A DNA stretch of 64,000 bases, taken from NCBI GenBank assembly GCA_963974355.1, contig CAXBDS010000003.1, forward strand, positions 8,299 to 72,298. The letters are read 5' to 3'. The notes under the pieces are model-generated. The model saw nothing but the letters and a program-made list of their open reading frames with translations, did not search any database and was not told the origin of the DNA. Source of the DNA: an uncultured Opitutaceae bacterium (GTDB lineage: Bacteria > Verrucomicrobiota > Verrucomicrobiia > Opitutales > Opitutaceae). Of this stretch, positions 38,767 to 48,103 are shown piece after piece; the stretch's first letter is position 1, and the number at the start of each line of letters is the position of its first letter. The position numbers and the translations under genes were made by a program.

Positions 38767-40650
38767 ATGAATCTGCGCGATGCTAAAAGACGATCTCTAG
38801 GCGAGGGATTGTTGGCCGCATTCGTCTGCTTAGCAATCGCCGGTGCCGCTCTGGTGATCGTCTATCGCGAGGCCCAGGTAGCATTGATCGGGAACATCCG
38901 CCAGCGCCTCGAAGACCTTGCCGCGATCAGTGCGGAAACGATGGATGCGGCGCTCCACGAGACCCTGAGCGATCCTGCTCAGATGGGTTCGGCCAGCTAT
39001 CATGAAGCGGTGGAGCCGCTCCTGCATCTGCGGCAAACCGTGCCCGAGATTTTTTATGCCTACACCACGGTGATCAATGAAGGCAAAGTCACCTTCGTTC
39101 TGGACACATCTTACTATCTCAAAAACGCGGGCGATGAAACGGCCGTGGCCGGCCTGGGGGAAGTTTACGACGAAGCTCCGATGGAATTGCTGGAGGCCGG
39201 GCAAAGCGGCCGAGTGGTGTCGAGCAGCGAAGCCTACACCGACAAGTGGGGCACGTTTCTTAGCGGATACGCTCCGATCAAAGACGCGGTCTCGGGCGAG
39301 GTGATCGCCGTCGTAGGAGTCGATCTGTCGCTGGCGGATTTCAAGCTCCGGGAACGTCCGCTCATCTGGGCGTTGATCTCCGCAGCCGGATTGAGCATCC
39401 TCGGCGGAGCAGCGGCCGGGATCACCCGATATCGTTCAAGCCTGCGGCGATCGATCGTGGCGATCGAATTGGAACAGGCCCGCGAAAGAGCGGAAATAGC
39501 CGCTGAAACCGCGCGCGCGGCCGACCGGGCAAAAAGCACTTTTCTGGCGACGATGAGTCACGAAATCCGCACGCCGATGAATGGCGTGCTCGGCACCGCG
39601 GAGCTGCTCAGCTACACCGCGTTGAGTGAAGAACAGGCGGAACACGTCAGCGCCATCCGCGGTTCGGCTGAATCCCTGCTGCGGGTGTTAAACGACATTC
39701 TCGACTACTCTAAAATCGAAGCAGGCGCGATGGAGGTTCATCTTGAAGAAATCGACGTCGCGCGATGTATTGACGATTCGATTACATTGTTCCGCGCCGA
39801 GGCGCAACGAAAGGGGCTTGAACTGAGTGTGGAACGAGTCGCGGGCGCGCCGGCGACGGCGATGGCCGACCCGGGACGACTGGGCCAAATTCTCGCAAAC
39901 CTGGTGAGCAACGCGGTTAAATTTTCGGAGCACGGTTCGGTGCAGATCTCAACCACCGCCAATCAGTTGAATGGCCGCACCGCCGTGGCGATCACCGTGG
40001 TCGACACCGGAGTCGGTATTCCGCCAGATCAGATTCACTATGTCGGCAGCGCCTTTCGACAACTCGATGACTCGTCGACCCGGCGCCAAGGCGGCACGGG
40101 CCTGGGGCTCGCGATTTCGTGGCGCTTGGCTAAGTTGATGGGCGCCACGCTTGACGTCGAAAGCACTGTGGGCAAAGGCAGCACGTTTCGACTGCTTCTG
40201 GTCGCCGGCACGGGCGGGGTCACGGAAAAGATTTCTTCGGAACCGACAACGAGGCGGTCCGTTCCGGACCGGCGGAGCGTCCTCGTGGCCGAGGATATCG
40301 CGGGCAATCGCCGCGTAGTCGACCTGCTGTTACGCCGAATCGGTTATCACGCTGCGTTCGCGAACGATGGAGCCGATGCAGTATCGCAGTGGCGGGAGAA
40401 GGGGCCTGACGTGATCTTCATGGATGTGCAGATGCCGCAGATGGACGGCTGCGAAGCAACGCGCGCCATCCGCCGAGAAGCGAACCATCCCACGCGACCG
40501 TGGATTATCGCACTTACGGCCGGAGTTCTCGCCAACGAGCGTGAACTGGCGCTCGCGGCCGGCATGAACGACTTCATCACGAAGCCGATCACTGGAGAGG
40601 TCTTGGCGACGGCGCTGGCACGCGTGCAGCTCCCGCCAACCGCGCAGTAA
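38767..40650 (+). CDS. Membrane hybrid histidine kinase with periplasmic Cache-like sensor
   Basis: TM, then YTDKWGTFLSGYAPIKD, then TM; SHEIRTPMN, NLVSNAVKF, GTGLGL and REC FMDVQMP. Confidence 0.92.
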   Translation: MNLRDAKRRSLGEGLLAAFVCLAIAGAALVIVYREAQVALIGNIRQRLEDLAAISAETMDAALHETLSDPAQMGSASYHEAVEPLLHLRQTVPEIFYAYTTVINEGKVTFVLDTSYYLKNAGDETAVAGLGEVYDEAPMELLEAGQSGRVVSSSEAYTDKWGTFLSGYAPIKDAVSGEVIAVVGVDLSLADFKLRERPLIWALISAAGLSILGGAAAGITRYRSSLRRSIVAIELEQARERAEIAAETARAADRAKSTFLATMSHEIRTPMNGVLGTAELLSYTALSEEQAEHVSAIRGSAESLLRVLNDILDYSKIEAGAMEVHLEEIDVARCIDDSITLFRAEAQRKGLELSVERVAGAPATAMADPGRLGQILANLVSNAVKFSEHGSVQISTTANQLNGRTAVAITVVDTGVGIPPDQIHYVGSAFRQLDDSSTRRQGGTGLGLAISWRLAKLMGATLDVESTVGKGSTFRLLLVAGTGGVTEKISSEPTTRRSVPDRRSVLVAEDIAGNRRVVDLLLRRIGYHAAFANDGADAVSQWREKGPDVIFMDVQMPQMDGCEATRAIRREANHPTRPWIIALTAGVLANERELALAAGMNDFITKPITGEVLATALARVQLPPTAQ

Positions 40651-41829
40651 CTAATCCCCTCCGCCGGAGGCCGCTCGGTCGCAGGCGGCTCGCATCACCC
40701 GATAAATCTGTTCGATGCGTTCGGGCGGTTCATCGACCGGATGACTCGTGAGCCAACACGCGCGCGAATTGGGCAAATCAGGATCGAATCCATGCATGCC
40801 CGGCACCCGACGTTGATTCATAAACGAAGGGGCGAAAATCACGCCTTCATTGAGCAGATAAAAGAGTTCTCCGTAGCGACGATCAGGGAACAGGCATCCC
40901 CAGCGCTTGAGCTCGTCGTCCGTGACGATTCGACCTTCGTTTCGTTGGCTGAGCCAGGCCTCAATCCGACTCCGCACGGACTGACCTCCAGGAAACCAGA
41001 AGCGAACCATCGTCGAGTCCCAGGCGGCAGCATAGTCTTTACCGTAACGCAGACCAAGCGCGTCGAAGTCCACCATCATGCGACTACAGCTCCGGGTGTC
41101 GGCCATGCCGTGATCGCTGAACACATGCCACCGCACCTCCGCATAGTGCGCGATCGCGATTGCGTTCAGCTCCCGCAACCACGTCTCGAGTCGCCCGAAC
41201 GCCGCGTCGACGGCTGCGCCGTTCGTCGTATGCGCATGCATGGTGGCGTCGAGTCCCGCGTTGAAAAGATAGGCCAAGCGAATTTCACCAGCCCGCAAGT
41301 CGCGCGCCAACGCCTCGATATTGGCCGGATCACCCGCTCGCCAATCAGACCGCACCCAAGGCAGACCCGATGCTTTCCAGTGTTCAAAAATGGCGGGTTG
41401 TCCCCCCATGATTCCGCCAGGTTCGTAGAGGTCACGTTTCTCGGTATAGTCCAGCTGGGGCAGGCGCTTGAAAGGTGTGCTATAGAGCTGAAAATATCCC
41501 GTATAGCCCTGTCGGCGCGCGACCCATCGACTGATCCGATTGCGCACCCGGTGGTGCGCCGCGACAGTTTCCGGCAGCCAGCTCAACCACCGCGCCCAGC
41601 GAAAGGGTGAGCGCGGTGGATCGTAGGCGAAAAACGAAAAATGCCCGTGTTGATATGGCAGGGTGCCGGTAAGGATGCTCGGATCGCAGGTGCAGGAGTA
41701 ACCGAACAACGTGTCGCAAGGCTGACGATACGGCAGAAGATCCGAGAGGAACTGACGACGTTGGGCCAGTTCCCAACCGAGGGCATCGACGAAGACGAAG
41801 AGATCGATTGACGGGGTGAGAGGTTTCAT
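40651..41829 (-). CDS. Alkaline phosphatase superfamily (NPP/phosphodiesterase-like) protein, no signal peptide
   Basis: FVDALG, GYSCTCDPSILTG, LDATMH, FSDHGM and GMHG metal-binding motifs. Confidence 0.8.
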   Translation of the reverse strand: MKPLTPSIDLFVFVDALGWELAQRRQFLSDLLPYRQPCDTLFGYSCTCDPSILTGTLPYQHGHFSFFAYDPPRSPFRWARWLSWLPETVAAHHRVRNRISRWVARRQGYTGYFQLYSTPFKRLPQLDYTEKRDLYEPGGIMGGQPAIFEHWKASGLPWVRSDWRAGDPANIEALARDLRAGEIRLAYLFNAGLDATMHAHTTNGAAVDAAFGRLETWLRELNAIAIAHYAEVRWHVFSDHGMADTRSCSRMMVDFDALGLRYGKDYAAAWDSTMVRFWFPGGQSVRSRIEAWLSQRNEGRIVTDDELKRWGCLFPDRRYGELFYLLNEGVIFAPSFMNQRRVPGMHGFDPDLPNSRACWLTSHPVDEPPERIEQIYRVMRAACDRAASGGGD

Positions 41830-42458
41830 CGCTGGGCGAGGGAGCGCTCAATCCGCTTGCGCAGCCGGGCAGGGAAGCGGAGGTCGCTCTCCTGGTTCCA
41901 AATCAGATCGGCATGCCGACGAGAGGGCTCGACATAACGCTCATGACCCGGTCGGGCCGCCGAAGCGTAACGAGAAATGACCTCAGCGACCGAATATCCG
42001 CGCTCCGTCGTGTCTCTTTGAATACGACGGATCAGTCGGAGATCAGCCGGCGTATGGACGAAGATTTTGAGGTCGAGCACGCGGCGCAGTTTCGCATCGG
42101 CGAGCACAAACAGTCCTTCGATCACCACCACCGAGGCCGGAGGCACGAGCGTGGTTTTCCTCGCCCGACGGTAACGGGCGAAATCGTAGTGCGGCATGGC
42201 GACCTCGTTGCCGCGGCGCAGGGAACGAACCTGTTTGAGGAGGAGCGAGGTCTCGAATGCCGCCGGGCAATCAAAGTCGATTTTCCGTCGCGCCGCGGCC
42301 GTGAGGGTGGGATGGTCGCGATAGTAGCAATCATGCGACAAGATCACGCAGCGTTCCGCCCCGAGCTCCCCCGCCAACTGGGCGGCCAAACGGCTCTTGC
42401 CCGAGGCGGTGCCTCCGGCAATCCCCACCACCAGAAGAGGACTCGCGGCGCTTTTCAC
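41826..42458 (-). CDS. udk: Uridine/cytidine kinase family protein (Tyr-type, predicted cytidine-preferring)
   Basis: GIAGGTASGKS, HDCYY, YDFARY, VIEG, RLIRRIQRD...ERG and YVEPS...ADLI motifs. Confidence 0.88.
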   Translation of the reverse strand: MKSAASPLLVVGIAGGTASGKSRLAAQLAGELGAERCVILSHDCYYRDHPTLTAAARRKIDFDCPAAFETSLLLKQVRSLRRGNEVAMPHYDFARYRRARKTTLVPPASVVVIEGLFVLADAKLRRVLDLKIFVHTPADLRLIRRIQRDTTERGYSVAEVISRYASAARPGHERYVEPSRRHADLIWNQESDLRFPARLRKRIERSLAQR

Positions 42459-42844
42459 TCGGTGGGGTGCGCCGCGAGCAATTCGCGCACGCGCGCGGCC
42501 AGTTGGGCGGGGCTGAAAGGTTTGCGAAAGAACGCCTGCACGCCAAGCGCCCGTCCCTCGGCTTCGATATGGGTTTCGCCCGCACCAGTGAGGAAAATGA
42601 TCGGGAGCAGGCGGTGGGCCGAATCTTGTCGAATCTCAGCCACCGCCGTGAGGCCGTCGACGTCCTTCATGTGCACGTCAAAAATGCCCAGCGCGACCGG
42701 TCGGGTCCGGATAATTTCCAACGCATCCAGGCCGCTGGTTGCGGTGATGATGGTCGCATCGATCGTGCGAAGGGTGAAGCCGACCAAACGCAGCATATGC
42801 GGTTCGTCGTCGACGATAAGGATGGTGGGGAGCTGCTTGGTCAT
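42455..42844 (-). CDS. Single-domain response regulator (REC)
   Basis: ILIVDDE, IFDVHM, FLTG and RKPF motifs; ATGA overlaps on both sides. Confidence 0.9.
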   Translation of the reverse strand: MTKQLPTILIVDDEPHMLRLVGFTLRTIDATIITATSGLDALEIIRTRPVALGIFDVHMKDVDGLTAVAEIRQDSAHRLLPIIFLTGAGETHIEAEGRALGVQAFFRKPFSPAQLAARVRELLAAHPTE

Positions 42845-44559
42845 CGGCAAAGAGAGGCCACCAACACGGTGCGGTCGTCGGCGATCGTGGCGGGGTCGAG
42901 TTTCAGCGCAATTGGATCCAGCAGGGCGGCGATGAACTCCGGCGGATTCAGTTCGAAACGGGATACCGCGAACTTCAGATAGATTTCCGGTCCGAGCATC
43001 AGCTCTCCATCGGGGCCGGGCAGTTCGTAACAACCATCGGTGTAAAGGACGAGTCGATCCCCCGTATCCATCGGTAAAGGCAATGCCTCATACTGGGTGT
43101 CGGGGAGGATCCCGAGTGGCACGTTTCCACCGCTAGGTTCAATGAAACGTCCATCCGGGCGAAGAATGGCGGGAGCGCAGTGCCCGGCATTCGAGAAGCT
43201 CGGGAGCGCCCCCGGCGTCGGCGGTAGAATCACCAAAATCGCGGTGATGAACATTCCGAGGCGCACGAGATCGGGAAATAATTGGCGGTTGAGGTCGCTT
43301 AGAATTACACTCGGAGACGATTCCACGGCTGAGAGGGCCCGCAACGAGCTTCGTAGCATGGCCGCAAGCAAAGCTGCGGGCACGCCTTTGCCCATCACGT
43401 CCGCCACGAGCACCATCAGCGTGCCATCATGCAAGGTCACCACATCGAAGTAGTCTCCGCCAACCTCCCGCGCCGGGCGACATTCGCCGTGAACCCACCA
43501 CCGCTCGGGGGGCGGAAAAACATCCGGCAGCAACGAGCGTTGGATACCGGACGCGACCTTGATCTCCTGTTCGAGGCGAAGCTGCTGATTACGTTCCTGC
43601 CAAAGGTTGTCCGTCGCTTTCGCGATGCCCACAAAGTCCGCCACGGCTTGGAGCAACTCCACCTCGCCACCAGAAAACGACTGCCGTTGCGCGCCGCGCA
43701 CCACCACCAGCGTCCCTAGTGTCTTGCCTCCAAACTCCACCGGCAGGACGCACAGATGACACGTATTGGCCATGGCGGCGAGAGGGTCGCCATCGGGGAG
43801 CCGATCAACGCCGCCAACCAGTGGGCGACCATCACGCACGCAGACACTCTCCGCAAAATCGCCTGACAACGGGAGCTCGGCCGGCAGGCCGATATCCAAA
43901 CCGAGCGCGTGAAGTTGCAAGGTGTCGCCGACGGTAAATCGCACAAACAGCGAATCGTGCAGGAGCATCGTCTCCAACCGCTCCCGGACCTGAGCCAGCA
44001 GCTGGTCAAAGGTCGAGCTGGTGGCGAGCAGGCCGGTGAAATGAGTCAGGCAAAGCAGCGTCTCAAAGCTGTTGGCCAAATCCTCCGTCAGGCGACCCAT
44101 GTCGTTTTCGGCGTCGGCGGCGGATTCGATACTCATGCCCGGCTGCCGCTCCACGTTCCAGCGGAGAGTCAAAGTGTGGCCGCCATCCGTATTGGAATGC
44201 TCCCAGCCGTCGGTGTTGGAATCGATAATGAAACCACCTCGGCCTCCTTCGGCGAGCGGATCTTCGGGCAGCTCAGCCCAGTTCGCCGGAGGCTGAAAAT
44301 TGCCGGGATCGCAGACCGTGACAACGACGTGATCCGACGCGACCCGCACCGAAAGCTGCACGGTCGTTTCCGGGTTTCCGGCGCAACCATGTTCGATCGC
44401 ATTGTTAACCGCCTCCACCAAGGGCAGCTCGATTCCGGAAAGTTTCTTTGCATCGACCCCGTGGATACGGCACCAGGCCAGCACACGCTTCACGGCCGGC
44501 CGGATCGACGTGAGACGCGGGGGAAGGGCGAGCTGCAACGCCTCGTCGAGTTCGTTCAT
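42841..44559 (-). CDS. RsbW-type Ser kinase / GAF-like / SpoIIE (PP2C) phosphatase fusion
   Basis: EAVNNAIEHG, CDPG and EGGRG (HATPase_c_2); central GAF-like region; VGGDYFD, VADVMGKG, YTDG and DDRT (PP2C). Confidence 0.9.
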   Translation of the reverse strand: MNELDEALQLALPPRLTSIRPAVKRVLAWCRIHGVDAKKLSGIELPLVEAVNNAIEHGCAGNPETTVQLSVRVASDHVVVTVCDPGNFQPPANWAELPEDPLAEGGRGGFIIDSNTDGWEHSNTDGGHTLTLRWNVERQPGMSIESAADAENDMGRLTEDLANSFETLLCLTHFTGLLATSSTFDQLLAQVRERLETMLLHDSLFVRFTVGDTLQLHALGLDIGLPAELPLSGDFAESVCVRDGRPLVGGVDRLPDGDPLAAMANTCHLCVLPVEFGGKTLGTLVVVRGAQRQSFSGGEVELLQAVADFVGIAKATDNLWQERNQQLRLEQEIKVASGIQRSLLPDVFPPPERWWVHGECRPAREVGGDYFDVVTLHDGTLMVLVADVMGKGVPAALLAAMLRSSLRALSAVESSPSVILSDLNRQLFPDLVRLGMFITAILVILPPTPGALPSFSNAGHCAPAILRPDGRFIEPSGGNVPLGILPDTQYEALPLPMDTGDRLVLYTDGCYELPGPDGELMLGPEIYLKFAVSRFELNPPEFIAALLDPIALKLDPATIADDRTVLVASLCR

Positions 44560-45761
44560 GGCGCGGGATGAGTCAGGCAAAGTTTAAGCAAGGAACGCCG
44601 GACCAGGCGGTCATTTTGCGGCAAGGCGGCTTGGTAAAGCGCGTGGGCCAACTCGTCGGGTTCCTCCGGCGTATGCGAACCGTGAAGATCGGCGAGCGAG
44701 AAAACGCCCGGCGGTGTGTGTGCGAGCAGCGTCCGCGTTTCCTCGGGGACCTGCGGAGCTATTTCACTCCGGGGTAAAATCCCGACCAACCTAAGGCGAC
44801 CCGCGACCACCGCGCCGAGCCAGCGAGCTCGGCGGGCCAGCAACGAACCTCGAGACCCCGTGCTCAAACGAAGCGTTCCGCCTCCCGGCAGTAAAACCTC
44901 CCGTGATATCGCCGCCCCCGCACCCAACGCCAAGAGTTGCGCCGGCAACCAGAGCAGCAGCGCCCACGCGCGTTCCCGCATCGGGGTAGACTGCGGCTGC
45001 TGCTGCATCGCAGCCGCGATAAAATCGTCGGTCAGGTCGGCCCGACCTCCGCTCATCGGGTCGAGCAACGTGGCCCCCAGTAACAGCTTATTGTGCACAT
45101 CCAAATGCGCGCCCACGAAGGTGCCTCCCGCGACCAAAGCATGTTGCAAATGGACATCGGAGCTGAGGACGCAGCCGGGCCCAACCAATGCACCGGGTCC
45201 GATCGTGCAGCCCGACTCGATCAAGGTGCCGGCCCCGATCCAATACGGCGGCACCAGCTTAATGCCGGGGGCCAGCGTGACGCGCGGACCGAGCCAGCCT
45301 TGCGGCTCGCGCTGCGTATCGAGATGAACACGTTCCGGATCACGCTTCGCCAGCCAAGCGAGGTTGAGCGCAAGCCACCATCGCACCAACGATGCGCCGT
45401 CCATCGGCGAGGCGTCGCCGGGATCGCATGCCGGCATGCGATCCATCATCTCGGCAACCAGGCCCAGCGGCGGCGACACGGGCAGTAGGCTGAGTTCTAC
45501 GGACCAATAGGCGCCGCCTTCGAGGGCCGCCCGCACCGCCGCCGGACGGTCCGGGCAATAGAGGGTGACCTGCTTGCAGCCCTGCTGCACAGCATGGTCA
45601 AGCCAGTGGGCGGCCAGCGATTGATTTCCGACTTCCCACAAAATAGGCGGGAGATCACGACGCGCTAGCGAATCGAGCACGCTCCAATCCGGCGCGACGA
45701 GCACCAATGCGGGCGCAGGCGATGAGGCGACCGCGACATCTGCGGAGGCAGTCGAACTCAC
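44556..45761 (-). CDS. Degenerate NTP-transferase + left-handed beta-helix + degenerate sugar-transferase fusion
   Basis: PILWEVGNQSLAAHWLDHA, hexapeptide repeats (WIGAGTLIESGCTIGPGALVGPGCVL), C-terminal VVAGRLRLVGILPR; GTGA start overlap inferred. Confidence 0.65.
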   Translation of the reverse strand: MSSTASADVAVASSPAPALVLVAPDWSVLDSLARRDLPPILWEVGNQSLAAHWLDHAVQQGCKQVTLYCPDRPAAVRAALEGGAYWSVELSLLPVSPPLGLVAEMMDRMPACDPGDASPMDGASLVRWWLALNLAWLAKRDPERVHLDTQREPQGWLGPRVTLAPGIKLVPPYWIGAGTLIESGCTIGPGALVGPGCVLSSDVHLQHALVAGGTFVGAHLDVHNKLLLGATLLDPMSGGRADLTDDFIAAAMQQQPQSTPMRERAWALLLWLPAQLLALGAGAAISREVLLPGGGTLRLSTGSRGSLLARRARWLGAVVAGRLRLVGILPRSEIAPQVPEETRTLLAHTPPGVFSLADLHGSHTPEEPDELAHALYQAALPQNDRLVRRSLLKLCLTHPAP

Positions 45762-46474
45762 ATCGCGCCTTTCCCCAGCAACACCGCTGGCACCGTCATC
45801 ACGAGTAACTTGAGATCCAGCCACACGCTGGAGGATTGGATATAGGCCACGTCGAGCCGGACCTGACCGGCGAAGTCGATGTCACTGCGTCCGCCAACTT
45901 GCCAGAAGCAGGTAAGGCCCGGTTGGGCCAGCAGACGCTGGCGATCCTCCGGCGTATAGAGCGCCACTTCGCGCGGCACGGGCGGTCGCGGCCCGACCAA
46001 GGACATATCACCGCGAAACACATTCCAAAACTGCGGAAGCTCATCGATGGAGAATTTGCGAATGAATTTCCCCACGCGAGTGATACGCGGGTCATCCTTC
46101 ATCTTGAAGGTGACACCGCCCTGCATCTGATTTTGCGCAAGCAGCTTGTCCTTCACTTGGTCGGCGTTAGGAATCATCGAGCGGAATTTCCACATCTTGA
46201 ACAGGCGCCCGCGGTAACCGACGCGTTGTTGCCCGAAGAACAGAGCGCCGGGTCCTTCCAGTCGAATGGCGAGAGACGTGGCGGCAAAGATGGGCGTGAG
46301 CGCGACGAGCGCGCAAAACGAGACCACCAGATCCAGCGCCCGCTTCAGCACGCGGGTGGCGCCGAGGGTGATGTTCCACAGCCACCGTTTACGCGAGGCA
46401 CGCCAACGCAGCCGGGCGCGGCCAAGCGGCGTGCCGGCGTGGCTCCAATAGGCAACGATGTCCTTTTCAGTCAT
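45758..46474 (-). CDS. Priming phosphoglycosyl transferase (Bac_transf / sugar transferase)
   Basis: KRALDL, RVGYRGRLFKMWKFRSM, DDPRITRVGKFIRKFSIDELPQ and MSLVGPRP motifs. Confidence 0.95.
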   Translation of the reverse strand: MTEKDIVAYWSHAGTPLGRARLRWRASRKRWLWNITLGATRVLKRALDLVVSFCALVALTPIFAATSLAIRLEGPGALFFGQQRVGYRGRLFKMWKFRSMIPNADQVKDKLLAQNQMQGGVTFKMKDDPRITRVGKFIRKFSIDELPQFWNVFRGDMSLVGPRPPVPREVALYTPEDRQRLLAQPGLTCFWQVGGRSDIDFAGQVRLDVAYIQSSSVWLDLKLLVMTVPAVLLGKGAM

Positions 46475-47679
46475 GCGGAGTCGGATTCGGCGTTCGCGAG
46501 GGGCGTTTCAGCGACCGCCAGTCCGCCCAAGGTGCGTGTGAGTCGCTCGAGATAGTCCTCAAAGTCGTAGTGTTTGTTCACATACGTTCGGCCTTGGGCG
46601 CCAAGGCGGCGAGCCAACGATTTGTCGGCCAGCAAACCATCGATCGCCCGTGCAAATGCCGGCACATCACCCCATGGCACCAACCGGCCGGTTTCGCCAT
46701 CGTGCAACCAATCCGGGATGCCACCGGCATCGAACGCCACCACGGGCAGTCCGTAACGCATCACTTCAAGCCCGATCGTGGCGATGGGCTCGGGCCAGAC
46801 TGAGGAAACCGCCACCACGGAAGCATCCCGGTAATAGCCCTTCAATTCCTCTTGGGGAATGAAACCGGGGAAACGCACCCGATCCTGCAGCCCGAGTTCA
46901 CGACAGAGCTTTTCGCAAGCCGCCTGATGATTGCCTGAGCCAAGAATCACCGCTTCAAATGGACGCTCGAGGCGGGCGAGGGCGCGGAGCAGTAGATCCA
47001 CGCCTTTACCGCGGATGATTTGGCCTGCGTAAAGAATAAGATTTCGCTCGGAAAAGCTCGATTCGAGCGGATCTCCCGGACGCGGCACCGGCGGGAAGAT
47101 TTCGATTTTTTCAGACGCGAAGCCGTTGATCTCGAGCTCGTGCTGCATGTAGTGCGTGACCACAAACATTCGGTCAAAACGCCGGGTGAGTGCCAGCTCC
47201 CTGAGCTTGTCGAAGTAAGACACCCACTTGATCGGGAAACCGCCGGAGCGGTCACGCTTAATCGGGGCGAGGCAGGGGAAAACGCAATAGCCGGAGGCCG
47301 GTCGATGGCATACTTTGCGGGTCAACGGATGGTAACGATAGCTCCGCAAACAATAGATGTCGTGGTCGTGCACCATACGGGCAAGCGGAAGGTCCGATTC
47401 GACCAATGCCTCCAACGTCGGCAGATGATCCCACTTATGCACGTAGGCGACCTGGGGCGAAAATCGAGTGCGCACCGTAGCGAGGTCACATTCCGCTTCG
47501 TAGAAGACATGTTCACCGAACAGCGCCCGCCACTTTTCCTCGCCCTTTCCCGTGGCTCGGCGAGTCCAGAGCCCCACGGTGACCCCGCGTCGTTGAAGCT
47601 CGGTGGCTGTGATCAGCACATTAGCCTCGGCGCCGCCCAGGTTTCCGAATGACTCATGAACATAGAGCAGGCGGAACAT
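46471..47679 (-). CDS. GT4 glycosyltransferase
   Basis: GGAE, YAGQIIRGKG and WPEPIATIGLEVM (EX7E) motifs. Confidence 0.92.
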   Translation of the reverse strand: MFRLLYVHESFGNLGGAEANVLITATELQRRGVTVGLWTRRATGKGEEKWRALFGEHVFYEAECDLATVRTRFSPQVAYVHKWDHLPTLEALVESDLPLARMVHDHDIYCLRSYRYHPLTRKVCHRPASGYCVFPCLAPIKRDRSGGFPIKWVSYFDKLRELALTRRFDRMFVVTHYMQHELEINGFASEKIEIFPPVPRPGDPLESSFSERNLILYAGQIIRGKGVDLLLRALARLERPFEAVILGSGNHQAACEKLCRELGLQDRVRFPGFIPQEELKGYYRDASVVAVSSVWPEPIATIGLEVMRYGLPVVAFDAGGIPDWLHDGETGRLVPWGDVPAFARAIDGLLADKSLARRLGAQGRTYVNKHYDFEDYLERLTRTLGGLAVAETPLANAESDSA

Positions 47680-47787
47680 CTTGAACCGAACTCTGACGAC
47701 TGCGCGCTTCGGTTACAACCGGGCAAATCGCGAATTGCAAAAAATCTGCTTCGCAAATCCGGTGGAGCAACGATAGGAAGTTTGCTC

Positions 47788-48102
47788 ATGAGTCTCGTAA
47801 TTCAGACAGCGCTCACTGACGGTTGCCTCAAAGTTGTCCCCACGGTGTCGCGACTGGACGCGGCGGTCGCCCGTGACTTCAAAGCGGAAATTGAGAAAGC
47901 GTGGACCGCCGGGGTTTCGTCCGTGGAAATCGATATGACGGCCGTCGAGTTCGTCGACAGTTCGGGCGTCGGGGCACTGTTAAGCGTGTATCGCAAACTT
48001 CCGCCGGGGGCAGGCGTGACCCGCCTCGTCGGCATTCGTCCCGGCGTGCTCGCGGTGCTGGAGCTGCTCCGCCTCCATCGCGTATTCGAACTGGGCAACT
48101 AA
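47788..48102 (+). CDS. STAS anti-sigma-factor antagonist (SpoIIAA/RsbV-like)
   Basis: RLDAAVA, IDMTAVEFVDSSGVGALL and VLELLRLHRVF motifs. Confidence 0.9.
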   Translation: MSLVIQTALTDGCLKVVPTVSRLDAAVARDFKAEIEKAWTAGVSSVEIDMTAVEFVDSSGVGALLSVYRKLPPGAGVTRLVGIRPGVLAVLELLRLHRVFELGN

Positions 48103-48103
48103 G

